Shown here piece after piece: positions 8,706-17,565 of a stretch of DNA of 43,801 nt (position 1 is its first letter; each line of letters opens with the position of its first letter). The notes beneath the pieces were generated by a model. The model was not told the DNA's origin and did not search any database. It saw nothing but the letters and a program-made list of their open reading frames with translations. This stretch comes from Candidatus Zixiibacteriota bacterium (GTDB lineage Bacteria; Zixibacteria; MSB-5A5; UBA10806; 4484-95): positions 1-43,801 of the forward strand of contig JAAYTW010000051.1 of assembly GCA_012517955.1 (NCBI GenBank), written 5' to 3'. A program made the position numbers and the translations under genes.

Positions 8706-8740
8706 CAGCTAAGGTTGAGCTCTTCATTATATAAGCGGAG

Positions 8741-8887
8741 GGTCGTAGTCCGGCTGAAGCCGGGCGTGACCATGACTTGTCAATGATTGCGTTTGATATT
8801 ATCAAAGGGATTGAGTGGCGTGTCGGCTTTCTTTTTTGGATGAGGGTCACGCCTTTCTCCGGCGGATGCCGGAGAAAGACTACGACC
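8741..8887. other. Nested inverted-repeat element folding as a four-helix junction (candidate structured RNA or cruciform/REP-like DNA element)
   Basis: P1 GGTCGTAGTC 8741-8750 pairs with GACTACGACC 8878-8887. P2 hairpin 8751-8762 (CGGC TGAA GCCG). P3 GGCGTGACC 8763-8771 pairs with GGTCACGCC 8845-8853. P4 hairpin 8854-8877 (TTTCTCCGG CGGATG CCGGAGAAA). No unpaired junction nucleotides. Confidence 0.35.
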
Positions 8888-8956
8888 GATTCCAGACGGG
8901 GAGCTCATGAAGATAACGTAACCGTATGCTAACCGCTAAATCAGTTAGAAATCTAA

Positions 8957-9712
8957 TCAGGCGGCGCGATGATATGGTTTATCGCCAAGCCCGAAATCGC
9001 GCTCCAAATCGAATCTGCGTTTTCCCAATAGGCCTCGGCCGTCGATAACGATATTTCTGCGTTGAGAAACGCGTAACGAGAATGCCGGTTTGACCGTGGC
9101 CGTTAAAATTTCGGCGATAACGCGCATGGCGGCTTTTTCGTTGAAGTCAACTTTGGGTGCTCCGAGCTTTTTGGAAATCATTTTTTTGCGGTTTTTGTTT
9201 ATTAGCCAGTATGGTCCATGTTGAGTTACGATATCAAATAGAAACACAAATGCGCGTTCGGATTTGAAACCGAAATCCGCCGCATAATCGGCGGCGCAAT
9301 TCATTAATATTTTAGCGGCATTTATTTGGATTGCTCGCATTTCGGGATCATCGCCCAGGCAGGCGAAACGCGTTTTCCATGGTTCGATTATGCGGTTTTT
9401 CGAGTCATTAATCGAAAGCGCGAACCGAAATTGTTCTTCAGGCTGTCTTTCAAGCATCAATTTTCTAAATGATTCCGCGTCTTTGCCGAATATAGTCGCG
9501 AGTCGATCAGGGAAGAGGCCGGCGAATTTTATCAGCAATGGTTGAAGCGTCTGCGACTTGATATTCCATTGCAGGATTCCAAATGATAGCCCTTGGCCGT
9601 CGAAATTACCGGCTAAACCGGCGAAATTAAGCTCTTTGCCGGTCTCGAAAGTCGAAGTGATACGAAGGGCTTTTAATTCGGAGTCATCGAGGATATTGAT
9701 TGGATTTTTCAT
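8957..9712 (-). CDS. Lysozyme-like superfamily protein (SLT / GH46 / phage-tail-lysozyme-like catalytic motif), no signal peptide
   Basis: Track ORF 8957..9874 trimmed to ATG 9712, preceded by GGGAGGA 7 nt upstream. Motif TSTFETG...NFDGQGLSFGILQW resembles the Glu plus Gly-rich loop plus Q of lysozyme-fold enzymes. Confidence 0.5.
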   Translation of the reverse strand: MKNPINILDDSELKALRITSTFETGKELNFAGLAGNFDGQGLSFGILQWNIKSQTLQPLLIKFAGLFPDRLATIFGKDAESFRKLMLERQPEEQFRFALSINDSKNRIIEPWKTRFACLGDDPEMRAIQINAAKILMNCAADYAADFGFKSERAFVFLFDIVTQHGPYWLINKNRKKMISKKLGAPKVDFNEKAAMRVIAEILTATVKPAFSLRVSQRRNIVIDGRGLLGKRRFDLERDFGLGDKPYHRAA

Positions 9713-9927
9713 AAAGATGTCCTCCCATAATACCCGGGCCGGCGATTTTAAATGCGTAATGTATGCGGGGTTCGGGAGGTTGAGAAAGGCGATAAGTAAG
9801 TATGTTAAAACGAGATTGGAAGATTGGTTAAGGTTGATTGTGACAAAAAAACCGTTGGCCGGGACGACAGCCAAAAAGGCAACAAAATACTTGACTTTTT
9901 TTTCTTAGAATATAAATTAATAAATTT

Positions 9928-9950
9928 GCTGGCAAAGGGGCTTTGCCAGC
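9928..9950 (+). promoter_or_regulatory. Perfect 10-bp hairpin in the rplM-rpsI 5' leader (candidate autoregulatory leader structure)
   Basis: GCTGGCAAAG (9928-9937), loop GGG, CTTTGCCAGC (9941-9950). Located 38 nt upstream of the rplM ATG and downstream of TTGACT at 9891-9896. The upstream gene is divergent, so this is not its terminator. Confidence 0.4.
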
Positions 9951-9987
9951 CCAGAGTGTTGAAGTTGGCTTTAGATAAGGAGCTTTA

Positions 9988-10416
9988 ATGAAAACGTTCG
10001 TGCCCAAGCCCTCGGAGCATAAAAGAAAATGGTATCTGGTCGATGCCAACGGCAAAACGCTGGGCCGGATGGCAACCGAGATCGCTAAAAGAATACGGGG
10101 AAAAGATAATCCTCTCTTTACGCCATATTATGATATGGGGGCGTCAGTGGTCGTAATTAACGCCGATAAAGTAAGACTTACCGGCAAAAAGGAATCGATT
10201 AAAACCTATACTTGGCATACGGCTTATCCTAGAGGGTTACGGTCGGTCAGTTTTAAAAAACAACTTGCCAGACAGCCCGAAAAGGTTATCCAGGAAGCCG
10301 TTCGCGGGATGTTGCCTCGCAACCGCCTCGGCCGAAAGCTGTTCTTGCGGCTTTTTGTCTATGCCGGCGATAAACATCCGCATACTTCGCAGAACCCTCA
10401 ACCCTTGGAAATATAA
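9988..10416 (+). CDS. rplM: 50S ribosomal protein L13
   Basis: 142 aa. N-terminus KTFVPKPSEHKRKWYLVDA and overall length are typical of L13. AAGGAG RBS. Confidence 0.95.
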   Translation: MKTFVPKPSEHKRKWYLVDANGKTLGRMATEIAKRIRGKDNPLFTPYYDMGASVVVINADKVRLTGKKESIKTYTWHTAYPRGLRSVSFKKQLARQPEKVIQEAVRGMLPRNRLGRKLFLRLFVYAGDKHPHTSQNPQPLEI

Positions 10417-10425
10417 TCGGAGGAT

Positions 10426-10821
10426 TTGTTGGAGCAGAAAACTTTTACAGCCACCGGAAGCCGAAAGACATCAGTCGCTAAAGTGACAATCCAGCCGGGC
10501 ACCGGCAAGTTGATAGTTAACGACCGTGAGCCGTTGAAGTATTTCTTCAGGCAAAATTTGGTGACTATTGCGTTCGAGCCGTTGGCTGAAACCAAGCTGG
10601 CTGGTCGCGTCGATGTTACCGTGCAAGCGGTTGGCGGCGGGTTATCGGGGCAAGCCGGCGCAGTCCGGATGGGACTTGCTAGAGCGTTGACCAAATACGA
10701 CCCCGAATTGCGTTCTGATTTAAAAGATAAAGGATTCCTTACTCGTGATGCTCGCGAGGTGGAACGCAAGAAATACGGTCAGGCAAAAGCGCGTAAACGT
10801 TTCCAGTTCTCGAAGCGTTAA
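10426..10821 (+). CDS. rpsI: 30S ribosomal protein S9
   Basis: 131 aa, TTG start. [19 protein letters not shown] and C-terminal [17 protein letters not shown] are S9 hallmarks. Conserved rplM-rpsI pairing. Confidence 0.95.
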   Translation: MLEQKTFTATGSRKTSVAKVTIQPGTGKLIVNDREPLKYFFRQNLVTIAFEPLAETKLAGRVDVTVQAVGGGLSGQAGAVRMGLARALTKYDPELRSDLKDKGFLTRDAREVERKKYGQAKARKRFQFSKR

Positions 10822-10844
10822 GCGATATCTTTTTTAATTAAGCA

Positions 10845-10901
10845 CACCGGCGGACTTTTGGCGGGGTCCCCAACCGGGGCCGCGGAGGGATGAAGCCGGT
10901 G
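10845..10901 (+). promoter_or_regulatory. Candidate structured 5' leader of rpsB-tsf
   Basis: CACCGGC (10845-10851) pairs with GCCGGTG (10895-10901). It encloses a GC-rich hairpin CCCC-AACC-GGGG (10868-10879), about 40 nt upstream of the rpsB ATG. Confidence 0.3.
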
Positions 10902-10939
10902 GAGGAAAAAAACCATTTTATCCCGAAAGAAAGGCTAAC

Positions 10940-11671
10940 ATGTCTCAGCTTGAGATTAAAGACCTGCTGGAGGCAGGCGTTCATTTTGGTCATCAGACAC
11001 AGCGCTGGAATCCCAAAATGAAAAAATTCATTTTTACCGCCCGTAATGGCATTTATATCATCGATTTGAAAAAAACCTTATTATCTATTCAGAGAGCCTG
11101 TAGCCGTTTGCGCGATATATCCTCAAGCGGCGGTAGAGTCTTGTTTGTGGGGACAAAGAAACAGGCGCAGTTGGTAATTAAGGACGAAGCTCGTCGGTGC
11201 GACGAATTTTACGTAATCGAGCGTTGGCTCGGCGGCACCATGACTAATTTTCAGACAATAAAGGCCAACATAAAGCGGCTCAAAGATATCGAGAGGATGC
11301 AGGAAGATGGGACTATCGCCAACATCACCAAAAAAGAGGCGACGGCCCTCGAAAAAGAAAGAAACCGCCTTGAAAAATTTCTGAGCGTTATTAAGGAAAT
11401 GTATAAACTTCCGGCTATTCTTATAGTAGTCGACGCCAAAAAGGAACGGATTGCCGTGGCCGAGGCCAATAAACTTGGTATTCCGGTAATTGGCATAATT
11501 GATACAAATACCGATCCTGACCCAATCGATTATCCGATTGCCGCCAACGACGATGCCATTAAATCCATCAGTGTCATAGTTAGGGCGCTGTCGGACGCGA
11601 TATTGGAGGGGAAAGCCAAGGGCAAAGAACAGGAAGTCGCGGCTTCCGAAACTACCGGGGAGGTGTCATAA
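10940..11671 (+). CDS. rpsB: 30S ribosomal protein S2
   Basis: 243 aa. Contains [15 protein letters not shown] and [13 protein letters not shown] motifs. Confidence 0.95.
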   Translation: MSQLEIKDLLEAGVHFGHQTQRWNPKMKKFIFTARNGIYIIDLKKTLLSIQRACSRLRDISSSGGRVLFVGTKKQAQLVIKDEARRCDEFYVIERWLGGTMTNFQTIKANIKRLKDIERMQEDGTIANITKKEATALEKERNRLEKFLSVIKEMYKLPAILIVVDAKKERIAVAEANKLGIPVIGIIDTNTDPDPIDYPIAANDDAIKSISVIVRALSDAILEGKAKGKEQEVAASETTGEVS

Positions 11672-12264
11672 TGGAAATCAGCGCTGCAGCAGTAAAAGAA
11701 CTTAGGGAAAAAACGGGCGCCGGCATGATGGACTGCAAGAAGGCCCTGACCGAATGCGGCGGCGACCTGGAAAAAGCGGTTACTTTTCTCCGCGAACAAG
11801 GACTAGTGAAGGCCGCGGCCAAAGCCACTCGTACCGCAAAAGAAGGGTTGATATACTCATATATACACCCCGGCGATAAACTCGGGGTTCTGGTTGAGGT
11901 CAATTGCGAAACCGATTTTGTGGCGCGCACCGATGATTTTCGGACGTTGTGCAAGGATATTGCCATGCAAATTGCGGCCGCCAATCCTTTGGTAGTTAAA
12001 AGGGAAGAGCTTCCGGCCGATTTGCTTGAAAAAGAAAAAGAGATTTACCGAACGCAAGCGCTCAATGAGGGCAAACCAGAAAAGATAATCGACAAGATAG
12101 TCGAAGGCCGTATCGAAAAATACTACCAGGAGGTGGTATTGATGGAGCAAGCGTTCGTGAAAGATATGGATAAAACCATCAAAGACGTTATCACCGCCGC
12201 GATTGCCAAAATCGGGGAGAATATACAGGTTAAGAGATTTACCCGCTATCGTCTGGGAGAATGA
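11671..12264 (+). CDS. tsf: Translation elongation factor Ts (short form)
   Basis: 197 aa. [19 protein letters not shown]-like N-terminus. TAATG overlap with rpsB. Confidence 0.95.
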   Translation: MEISAAAVKELREKTGAGMMDCKKALTECGGDLEKAVTFLREQGLVKAAAKATRTAKEGLIYSYIHPGDKLGVLVEVNCETDFVARTDDFRTLCKDIAMQIAAANPLVVKREELPADLLEKEKEIYRTQALNEGKPEKIIDKIVEGRIEKYYQEVVLMEQAFVKDMDKTIKDVITAAIAKIGENIQVKRFTRYRLGE

Positions 12265-12265
12265 T

Positions 12266-13000
12266 ATGTCTCCTAAAACGGGCGAAGAACCCCATCTGAA
12301 ATATAAGCGGATTATGCTCAAGCTTTCGGGCGAGGTCCTTATGGGCGACCGTCAGGCCGGCCTGGATCGGGCGATGATTTCCGCGATTTGCGACCAGATC
12401 GCATCCGTTCGTAAACTCGGTGTGGAAATAGCGATTGTTGTCGGTGGCGGTAATATTTTTAGAGGATTACAGGCCGCCGCCGAGGGGATGGATCGAGTTA
12501 CGGCCGATTATATGGGGATGATGGCCACTATCATTAATTCGCTGGCGATTCAAGACCATCTTGAACGCATGGGGCATTTCACGCGGGCGATGTCGGCGAT
12601 TGAAATCAATGAAGTCTGCGAGCCGTTTATCCGGCGTCGCGCCATTCGCCATATCGAAAAAGGACGGATTGTGATTTTCGCCGGAGGTACGGGAAATCCT
12701 TATTTTACAACCGACACGGCGGCCGCCTTGAGGGCGGTTGAAATCGGCGCGGATGTGCTCCTCAAAGGAACAAAAGTCAACGGCGTTTACGATTCGGACC
12801 CAAACAAAAATCCCGCCGCCAAATTTTATGAGCATATAACTCATACGGATATGCTCCAGCAACAACTCCAGGTTATGGATTCCACGGCCGCGTCGTTATG
12901 TCGTGAAAATAAAATTCCGATTATCGTCTTCAATATTTATAAACAGGATAACTTGAAAGACATAGTCTTGGGTAAAAAAATCGGTACCCTGGTGGATTGA
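12266..13000 (+). CDS. pyrH: UMP kinase
   Basis: Track ORF 12203..13000 trimmed to ATG 12266, just after the tsf stop. Contains [21 protein letters not shown] and [17 protein letters not shown]. Confidence 0.9.
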   Translation: MSPKTGEEPHLKYKRIMLKLSGEVLMGDRQAGLDRAMISAICDQIASVRKLGVEIAIVVGGGNIFRGLQAAAEGMDRVTADYMGMMATIINSLAIQDHLERMGHFTRAMSAIEINEVCEPFIRRRAIRHIEKGRIVIFAGGTGNPYFTTDTAAALRAVEIGADVLLKGTKVNGVYDSDPNKNPAAKFYEHITHTDMLQQQLQVMDSTAASLCRENKIPIIVFNIYKQDNLKDIVLGKKIGTLVD

Positions 13001-13007
13001 GGGCTTT

Positions 13008-13565
13008 ATGCAGGATAAAATTTATTCCGAAGCGGAAGACAAGATGAAAAAGGCAATCGAGGCCATCAGCCGCGAATTGGCCGCCGTGCGAACCGGCAAA
13101 GCTTCCCCCAAAATTTTAGACGGTATCAAAGTCGATTACTATGGCACGCCGACGCCGCTCAAACAGATTGCCTCAATTAACGCTCCCGATGCCAAACAGC
13201 TTCTGGTGCAGCCTTGGGAAAAACAATTAATTCCCGAAATCGTAAAAGCGATTCAAAAAGCCGATCTTGGCCTTAATCCAATTGCCGAAGCGGCTGTGGT
13301 TCGGGTCCCCATACCGGCACTAAACGAGGACCGTCGTCGCGAAATGGTAAAGCTGGTCAAGAAGATAGGCGAGGACGGCAAAATCGCTATCCGAAATATC
13401 CGCCGCGACGCCAATGATAAGTTGAAACAAGCGGAGGAAAACAAGAAGATTACCGAAGACGATTTGGAAAAAGGCGAAAAACGAATTCAAGATTTGACCA
13501 ATAAAAATATTTCGCATATCGATGATATCGTCAAAGCCAAAGAACAGGAGGTAATGGAGGTTTAA
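13008..13565 (+). CDS. frr: Ribosome recycling factor
   Basis: 185 aa. Contains VRTGKASPKILDGIKVDYYG and LTEDRRREMVK-like motifs. Confidence 0.95.
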   Translation: MQDKIYSEAEDKMKKAIEAISRELAAVRTGKASPKILDGIKVDYYGTPTPLKQIASINAPDAKQLLVQPWEKQLIPEIVKAIQKADLGLNPIAEAAVVRVPIPALNEDRRREMVKLVKKIGEDGKIAIRNIRRDANDKLKQAEENKKITEDDLEKGEKRIQDLTNKNISHIDDIVKAKEQEVMEV

Positions 13566-13568
13566 TAG

Positions 13569-14330
13569 GTGGCCTCCATCGAAACCCTGAAAAGGCAGGT
13601 TCTGGCAAAAGGGAACTTGCCCACGCATGTGGCTATCATTATGGATGGCAACGGCCGGTGGGCCCGACAGCGGGGCTTGCCCCGGACCGCCGGCCACAAA
13701 TACGGAGTAAAAGCGGTTAAAAAAGTCGTTCGGGCCGCGGGCGATATCGGAATCAAGTACCTGACTCTTTTCACTTTTTCCACCGAAAACTGGAACCGCC
13801 CCAAAAACGAAGTATCGGCGATTATGAATTTGCTTTACGAGACCACCCGACGCGAATTAAATGAGCTTTTAGAAAACAATGTCCGATTGATTACGATTGG
13901 CGATATCGAATCGCTTTCCCCAAAACGCCGCGATATCTTAAAAGATGCGATAGCCCGTACCTCGAAGAACACCGGCTTGACGCTCAATTTGGCGCTGAAT
14001 TATTCAGGGCGTCTTGAAATCCTTCAAGCCGTCAAACAAATCGCCGCCGATATCGCCGCCGGCAAACTCGATATCAAGCAGATTGACGAATCTCGGTTTT
14101 CCCAATATCTCTTGACCAAGGGCCTTCCCGATCCCGACCTGTTGATTAGAACATCGGGCGAAATGCGGATATCCAATTTCCTGTTATGGCAGATGTCATA
14201 CACGGAATTATACGTGACCGATATTTTATGGCCTGATTTCGATGAGGCCGCTTTTTATAGGGCGCTCTCCGATTTTCAAAAACGGGAACGCCGGTTTGGG
14301 AGAGTCAAACAATCAAGTTCCGAAAGATAA
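13569..14330 (+). CDS. uppS: Undecaprenyl (isoprenyl) diphosphate synthase, cis-prenyltransferase
   Basis: 253 aa, GTG start. Contains HVAIIMDGNGRWA, FSTENWNRP and RTSGEMRISNFLLWQ. Confidence 0.9.
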   Translation: MASIETLKRQVLAKGNLPTHVAIIMDGNGRWARQRGLPRTAGHKYGVKAVKKVVRAAGDIGIKYLTLFTFSTENWNRPKNEVSAIMNLLYETTRRELNELLENNVRLITIGDIESLSPKRRDILKDAIARTSKNTGLTLNLALNYSGRLEILQAVKQIAADIAAGKLDIKQIDESRFSQYLLTKGLPDPDLLIRTSGEMRISNFLLWQMSYTELYVTDILWPDFDEAAFYRALSDFQKRERRFGRVKQSSSER

Positions 14331-14333
14331 CCG

Positions 14334-15131
14334 TTGAATAAAAATCTGGCATTGCGGTTGATAGTGGCGGCGGCCGGAATCCCCGTTCTGTTGGCTATGG
14401 CTTATTATGGAGGCTATTTTCTTGTGGCTTTTTGTATTCTGTTGGCGGGTCTGGGCTCTCATGAATTCGCCGCGATGGCTCGGAACAGAATTATTGATAT
14501 CAACGATTTTTGGCTTATCCTTTTACCAATTACCTGCGTATTCGCGGCCTTCATGGATTTTCCCCTGGCCCATTTTTTTGTAGGCGCTTTTTTCATATGT
14601 GCGATACTTGCCCTAAAACAAAATAATATAAAAGACATATTTGACCGGTTCAGCGTTTATTTTCTGCCGGTGTTTTATTTGGGATTGCTTCCGTCAATAA
14701 TAATGTCTCTCGGATTTTACCCCTCGATTGGAAATCGGCTTTTAATAATGACATTCCTGATAGTATGGGGTGTCGATACGGCCGCTTATTTCGGCGGGAA
14801 AGCTCTGGGCAAGAAAAAACTGGCTCCTGCAATTTCCCCGAATAAAACCTGGGCCGGATTCTATTTCGGGTTTTTGGGAGCGGTTATCGCGGTTGTATTC
14901 AGCAAGTTGGTTTTTTTGGATATCAGCTGGATAAAGATTATTGTTATCGCATTGCCGGCTTGTTTATTTGGGCAAATCGGCGATTTGTTCGAATCGGCCT
15001 TGAAACGCTATTTCGATGTAAAGGATTCATCGGCGATACTGCCCGGCCATGGCGGTATTCTTGACCGATTCGATTCTCTGTTGTTTGCGGCTCCAATCGT
15101 GTATTCGATAGCCGTATTTTGGCGTTTATGA
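14334..15131 (+). CDS. cdsA: Phosphatidate cytidylyltransferase (CDP-diglyceride synthase)
   Basis: 265 aa, TTG start, polytopic. C-terminal signature SALKRYFDVKDSSAILPGHGGILDRFDS. Confidence 0.85.
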   Translation: MNKNLALRLIVAAAGIPVLLAMAYYGGYFLVAFCILLAGLGSHEFAAMARNRIIDINDFWLILLPITCVFAAFMDFPLAHFFVGAFFICAILALKQNNIKDIFDRFSVYFLPVFYLGLLPSIIMSLGFYPSIGNRLLIMTFLIVWGVDTAAYFGGKALGKKKLAPAISPNKTWAGFYFGFLGAVIAVVFSKLVFLDISWIKIIVIALPACLFGQIGDLFESALKRYFDVKDSSAILPGHGGILDRFDSLLFAAPIVYSIAVFWRL

Positions 15132-16096
15132 CCGATTCGTTTGCGGGGCTGTTTCCGATGTCTGTTGGACGTGACGGGAAATTTTCCGGTTTTCTTTTCA
15201 AGGTTTTCGACCACGTTTTTATTTTACGGTTCATGTTGATAATCCCCGTTTGGACGGTGTTGTTATTGGGATTTTACCACAGCGGCTCCGGCTTACCGTT
15301 TACCTGGCGGATGTTTGCAATCGCCGCGGCGGCGACCGGTTTGGCCGGGGCGGTTTTCGTTTTCAACCAAATTTTCGATATTGAGTCCGATAGGATAAAC
15401 GATAAGGTCTATTTTTTGCCCAAAAAATATGTGACAATTACCGCGGCCTATATATTATATCTGGTCCTAAATATAATTTCGCTGGTGATTGCTTTCATGG
15501 TTTCGGCAATTGCCGGATTTCTTGGAGGCGCGATTCTTTTGCTTGGAGCCGCCTATTCCGCTCCGCCGTTTGTGATAAAGGATCGCCCCTGGCTGGGTTT
15601 TTTGGCCAACGCCACCGGACATGGAACCTTGGTTTTTTTACTGGGATATTGTTCACTGGGCGGCGATTTGGGAACCGGCATTCTCAAATCTTTGCCGTAT
15701 TTTTTATCGGTGGCAGCCGTCTATATCGGCACTACCCTGGCCGATAGAGAAGGGGACCAACGTACCGGCAAAATGACTTTGGCGGTTGTAATGGGAATAA
15801 ATCGAAGCATTTATTTTTTGACCGCGTGTTATTTCATGAGCGTTGCCGCGGCGTTCATCGTCAAGGATGTTCCCTTTCTTTGGGCGGCCCTGGCGGTATG
15901 CCCGTTTTATATCAGGACTTTTATAGATAGGGGTCTGAAAAGTTCGTTGATTGCTATTAAGTTATCGATTGTCAGCTTAAGTATTGCTTCAGCCTACTTT
16001 TATCCTTCTTATTTCGTATTCTTATTAGCGGTAATATTATTAACAAGGGTCTATTATAAGAAAAGATTCGGAATCGATTATCCCGCTTTAAGCTAA
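15128..16096 (+). CDS. UbiA-superfamily aromatic/isoprenoid prenyltransferase (specific substrate unknown)
   Basis: Track ORF 15119..16096. ATG 15128 forms an ATGA overlap with the cdsA stop. Polytopic membrane protein with Asp-rich motifs NQIFDIESDRINDK and LADREGDQRTGKMT. Confidence 0.75.
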   Translation: MTDSFAGLFPMSVGRDGKFSGFLFKVFDHVFILRFMLIIPVWTVLLLGFYHSGSGLPFTWRMFAIAAAATGLAGAVFVFNQIFDIESDRINDKVYFLPKKYVTITAAYILYLVLNIISLVIAFMVSAIAGFLGGAILLLGAAYSAPPFVIKDRPWLGFLANATGHGTLVFLLGYCSLGGDLGTGILKSLPYFLSVAAVYIGTTLADREGDQRTGKMTLAVVMGINRSIYFLTACYFMSVAAAFIVKDVPFLWAALAVCPFYIRTFIDRGLKSSLIAIKLSIVSLSIASAYFYPSYFVFLLAVILLTRVYYKKRFGIDYPALS

Positions 16097-16129
16097 TTTG
16101 GACACATCGCGCGGTCGATACTATTTAAT

Positions 16130-16636
16130 ATGAGGTATTTCGTTTCATTGTTGATTATGGGCGTGGTTATGATAACCGGCTGCGGCCCGAAACCTTCCGC
16201 GCGTATCCACAACAATCCACGACCATTGACATCCGAGGAGCGCGACCGGATTATCGAAACCGCTGAGAGTTATATCGATACGCCTTACCGCCGGCGAGGT
16301 CAGAACCCATCGGGATTTGATTGTTCAGGGTTTGTTTATAATGTATATTTGGAGGCGATAGATTTGGAGCTTCCACGATCAACCAAAGAACTGTTCGAAG
16401 TGTCCCGTCCCATAAACGTCAACGATGCCCGTCCTGGTGATTTTATTTTCTTTTCAATAAACGGTAATGCCCGACCCGACCATGTTGGTTTGATAATAAA
16501 CCGCGAAGAATTTATTCATTCGTCCAAATCCAAGGGGGTGACGATTTCGTACCTTAAAGACCAATATTACCGCCGTAAGTTTCTTTCGGTTCGGACGCTC
16601 AGGTATGAATTAATCGCCGGAAACAACGAACCATAA
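16130..16636 (+). CDS. NlpC/P60 (C40) cell-wall peptidase lipoprotein
   Basis: 168 aa. Lipobox MITGCG. Catalytic Cys in GFDCSGFVYNVY and His in DHVGLI, followed by FIHSS. Confidence 0.85.
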   Translation: MRYFVSLLIMGVVMITGCGPKPSARIHNNPRPLTSEERDRIIETAESYIDTPYRRRGQNPSGFDCSGFVYNVYLEAIDLELPRSTKELFEVSRPINVNDARPGDFIFFSINGNARPDHVGLIINREEFIHSSKSKGVTISYLKDQYYRRKFLSVRTLRYELIAGNNEP

Positions 16637-16659
16637 GTTGCCATATCCACGCCCTGTTT

Positions 16660-17442
16660 CTACTGTTTAAATTCAACCAACCAAATGTCGCCCAGGGGAA
16701 TGTTGTCTTCGTCTTTTTTGGCGCTGAAAATATCATGGGATACCACAAATACCAGATATTTACTATCTGGAGAAAATTGAGGCCATAGCTCATATAATTG
16801 AACATCAACGCTGCTTCTGGGGATACTGTAAAATTGATTGGCGGCCAAATCTAAGATGACGAGGCGATAAAATGTTTCGCCGTAATTGAACGCAACATAC
16901 CGACGATTAGGCGATATCGCCTGAAAAAATGACGGTTGAGGGCCGTATGTCAATTGAACGATAGAATCGTCTATTGCTTTGTAAATATTGAACGCTCCTC
17001 CGCCGGTATAGTAAATCAATCCATAAGGCGTACGATAACCCGCCTGAGGACTTTCGCCAAGACGAGCCGGTAACGATTCCGGAGGAACGAATCCCGCGTA
17101 AGAATCGAACAGAGCCGGAGTTTGTTCGACCAGATAGAGCTTATTGTTAACATAATCGTAAGTAAACTGTCCGGCCCGCGCGTCAATCGGCTGTCTGAAT
17201 GTAGTATCCGGTTTTGGGGTGACGATTCTCCGGAAATATATTCTATCGCCGGTGTTCGTAAAAAACGGTTCCATATCCCGTTGCATATCGGTAATCTGCC
17301 TGGTTGTCGCGATTTCGGCCAGATCCCTGAATTTTGCCGCGAATCGGTCGTTTGTCTGACCGTTTTTGCCGGTCGATTCCCGACCGCCGCATCCAACCCA
17401 TATCGCGATAGAAAACGCCGATAAAACGAGTACCCATCTCAT
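16660..17442 (-). CDS. Lipoprotein with TolB/PD40-like beta-propeller repeats
   Basis: 260 aa. Lipobox IWVGCG. PD40-like units (ISPNRRYVAFNY, FSPDSKYLVFVVSHD). Confidence 0.55.
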   Translation of the reverse strand: MRWVLVLSAFSIAIWVGCGGRESTGKNGQTNDRFAAKFRDLAEIATTRQITDMQRDMEPFFTNTGDRIYFRRIVTPKPDTTFRQPIDARAGQFTYDYVNNKLYLVEQTPALFDSYAGFVPPESLPARLGESPQAGYRTPYGLIYYTGGGAFNIYKAIDDSIVQLTYGPQPSFFQAISPNRRYVAFNYGETFYRLVILDLAANQFYSIPRSSVDVQLYELWPQFSPDSKYLVFVVSHDIFSAKKDEDNIPLGDIWLVEFKQ

Positions 17443-17565
17443 ATAATCAACATAATTATTCGAAACAATCCTGTCAATTTCAATATCGATGGATTGGTGT
17501 CGATTTTTCGCTTGACTAATTTGGCCGGGTATGTTTAGCTAATTTCGCAAATATAGGAGGTTCGC

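Noticed and set aside
8784-8933. A 49-codon ORF (MIAFDIIKGIEWRV...) spanning the four-helix element on the + strand.
   Set aside because: It has no RBS and an implausible composition (Arg/Thr-rich tail). It simply reads through the inverted repeats, so the structure explains the region better than coding does.
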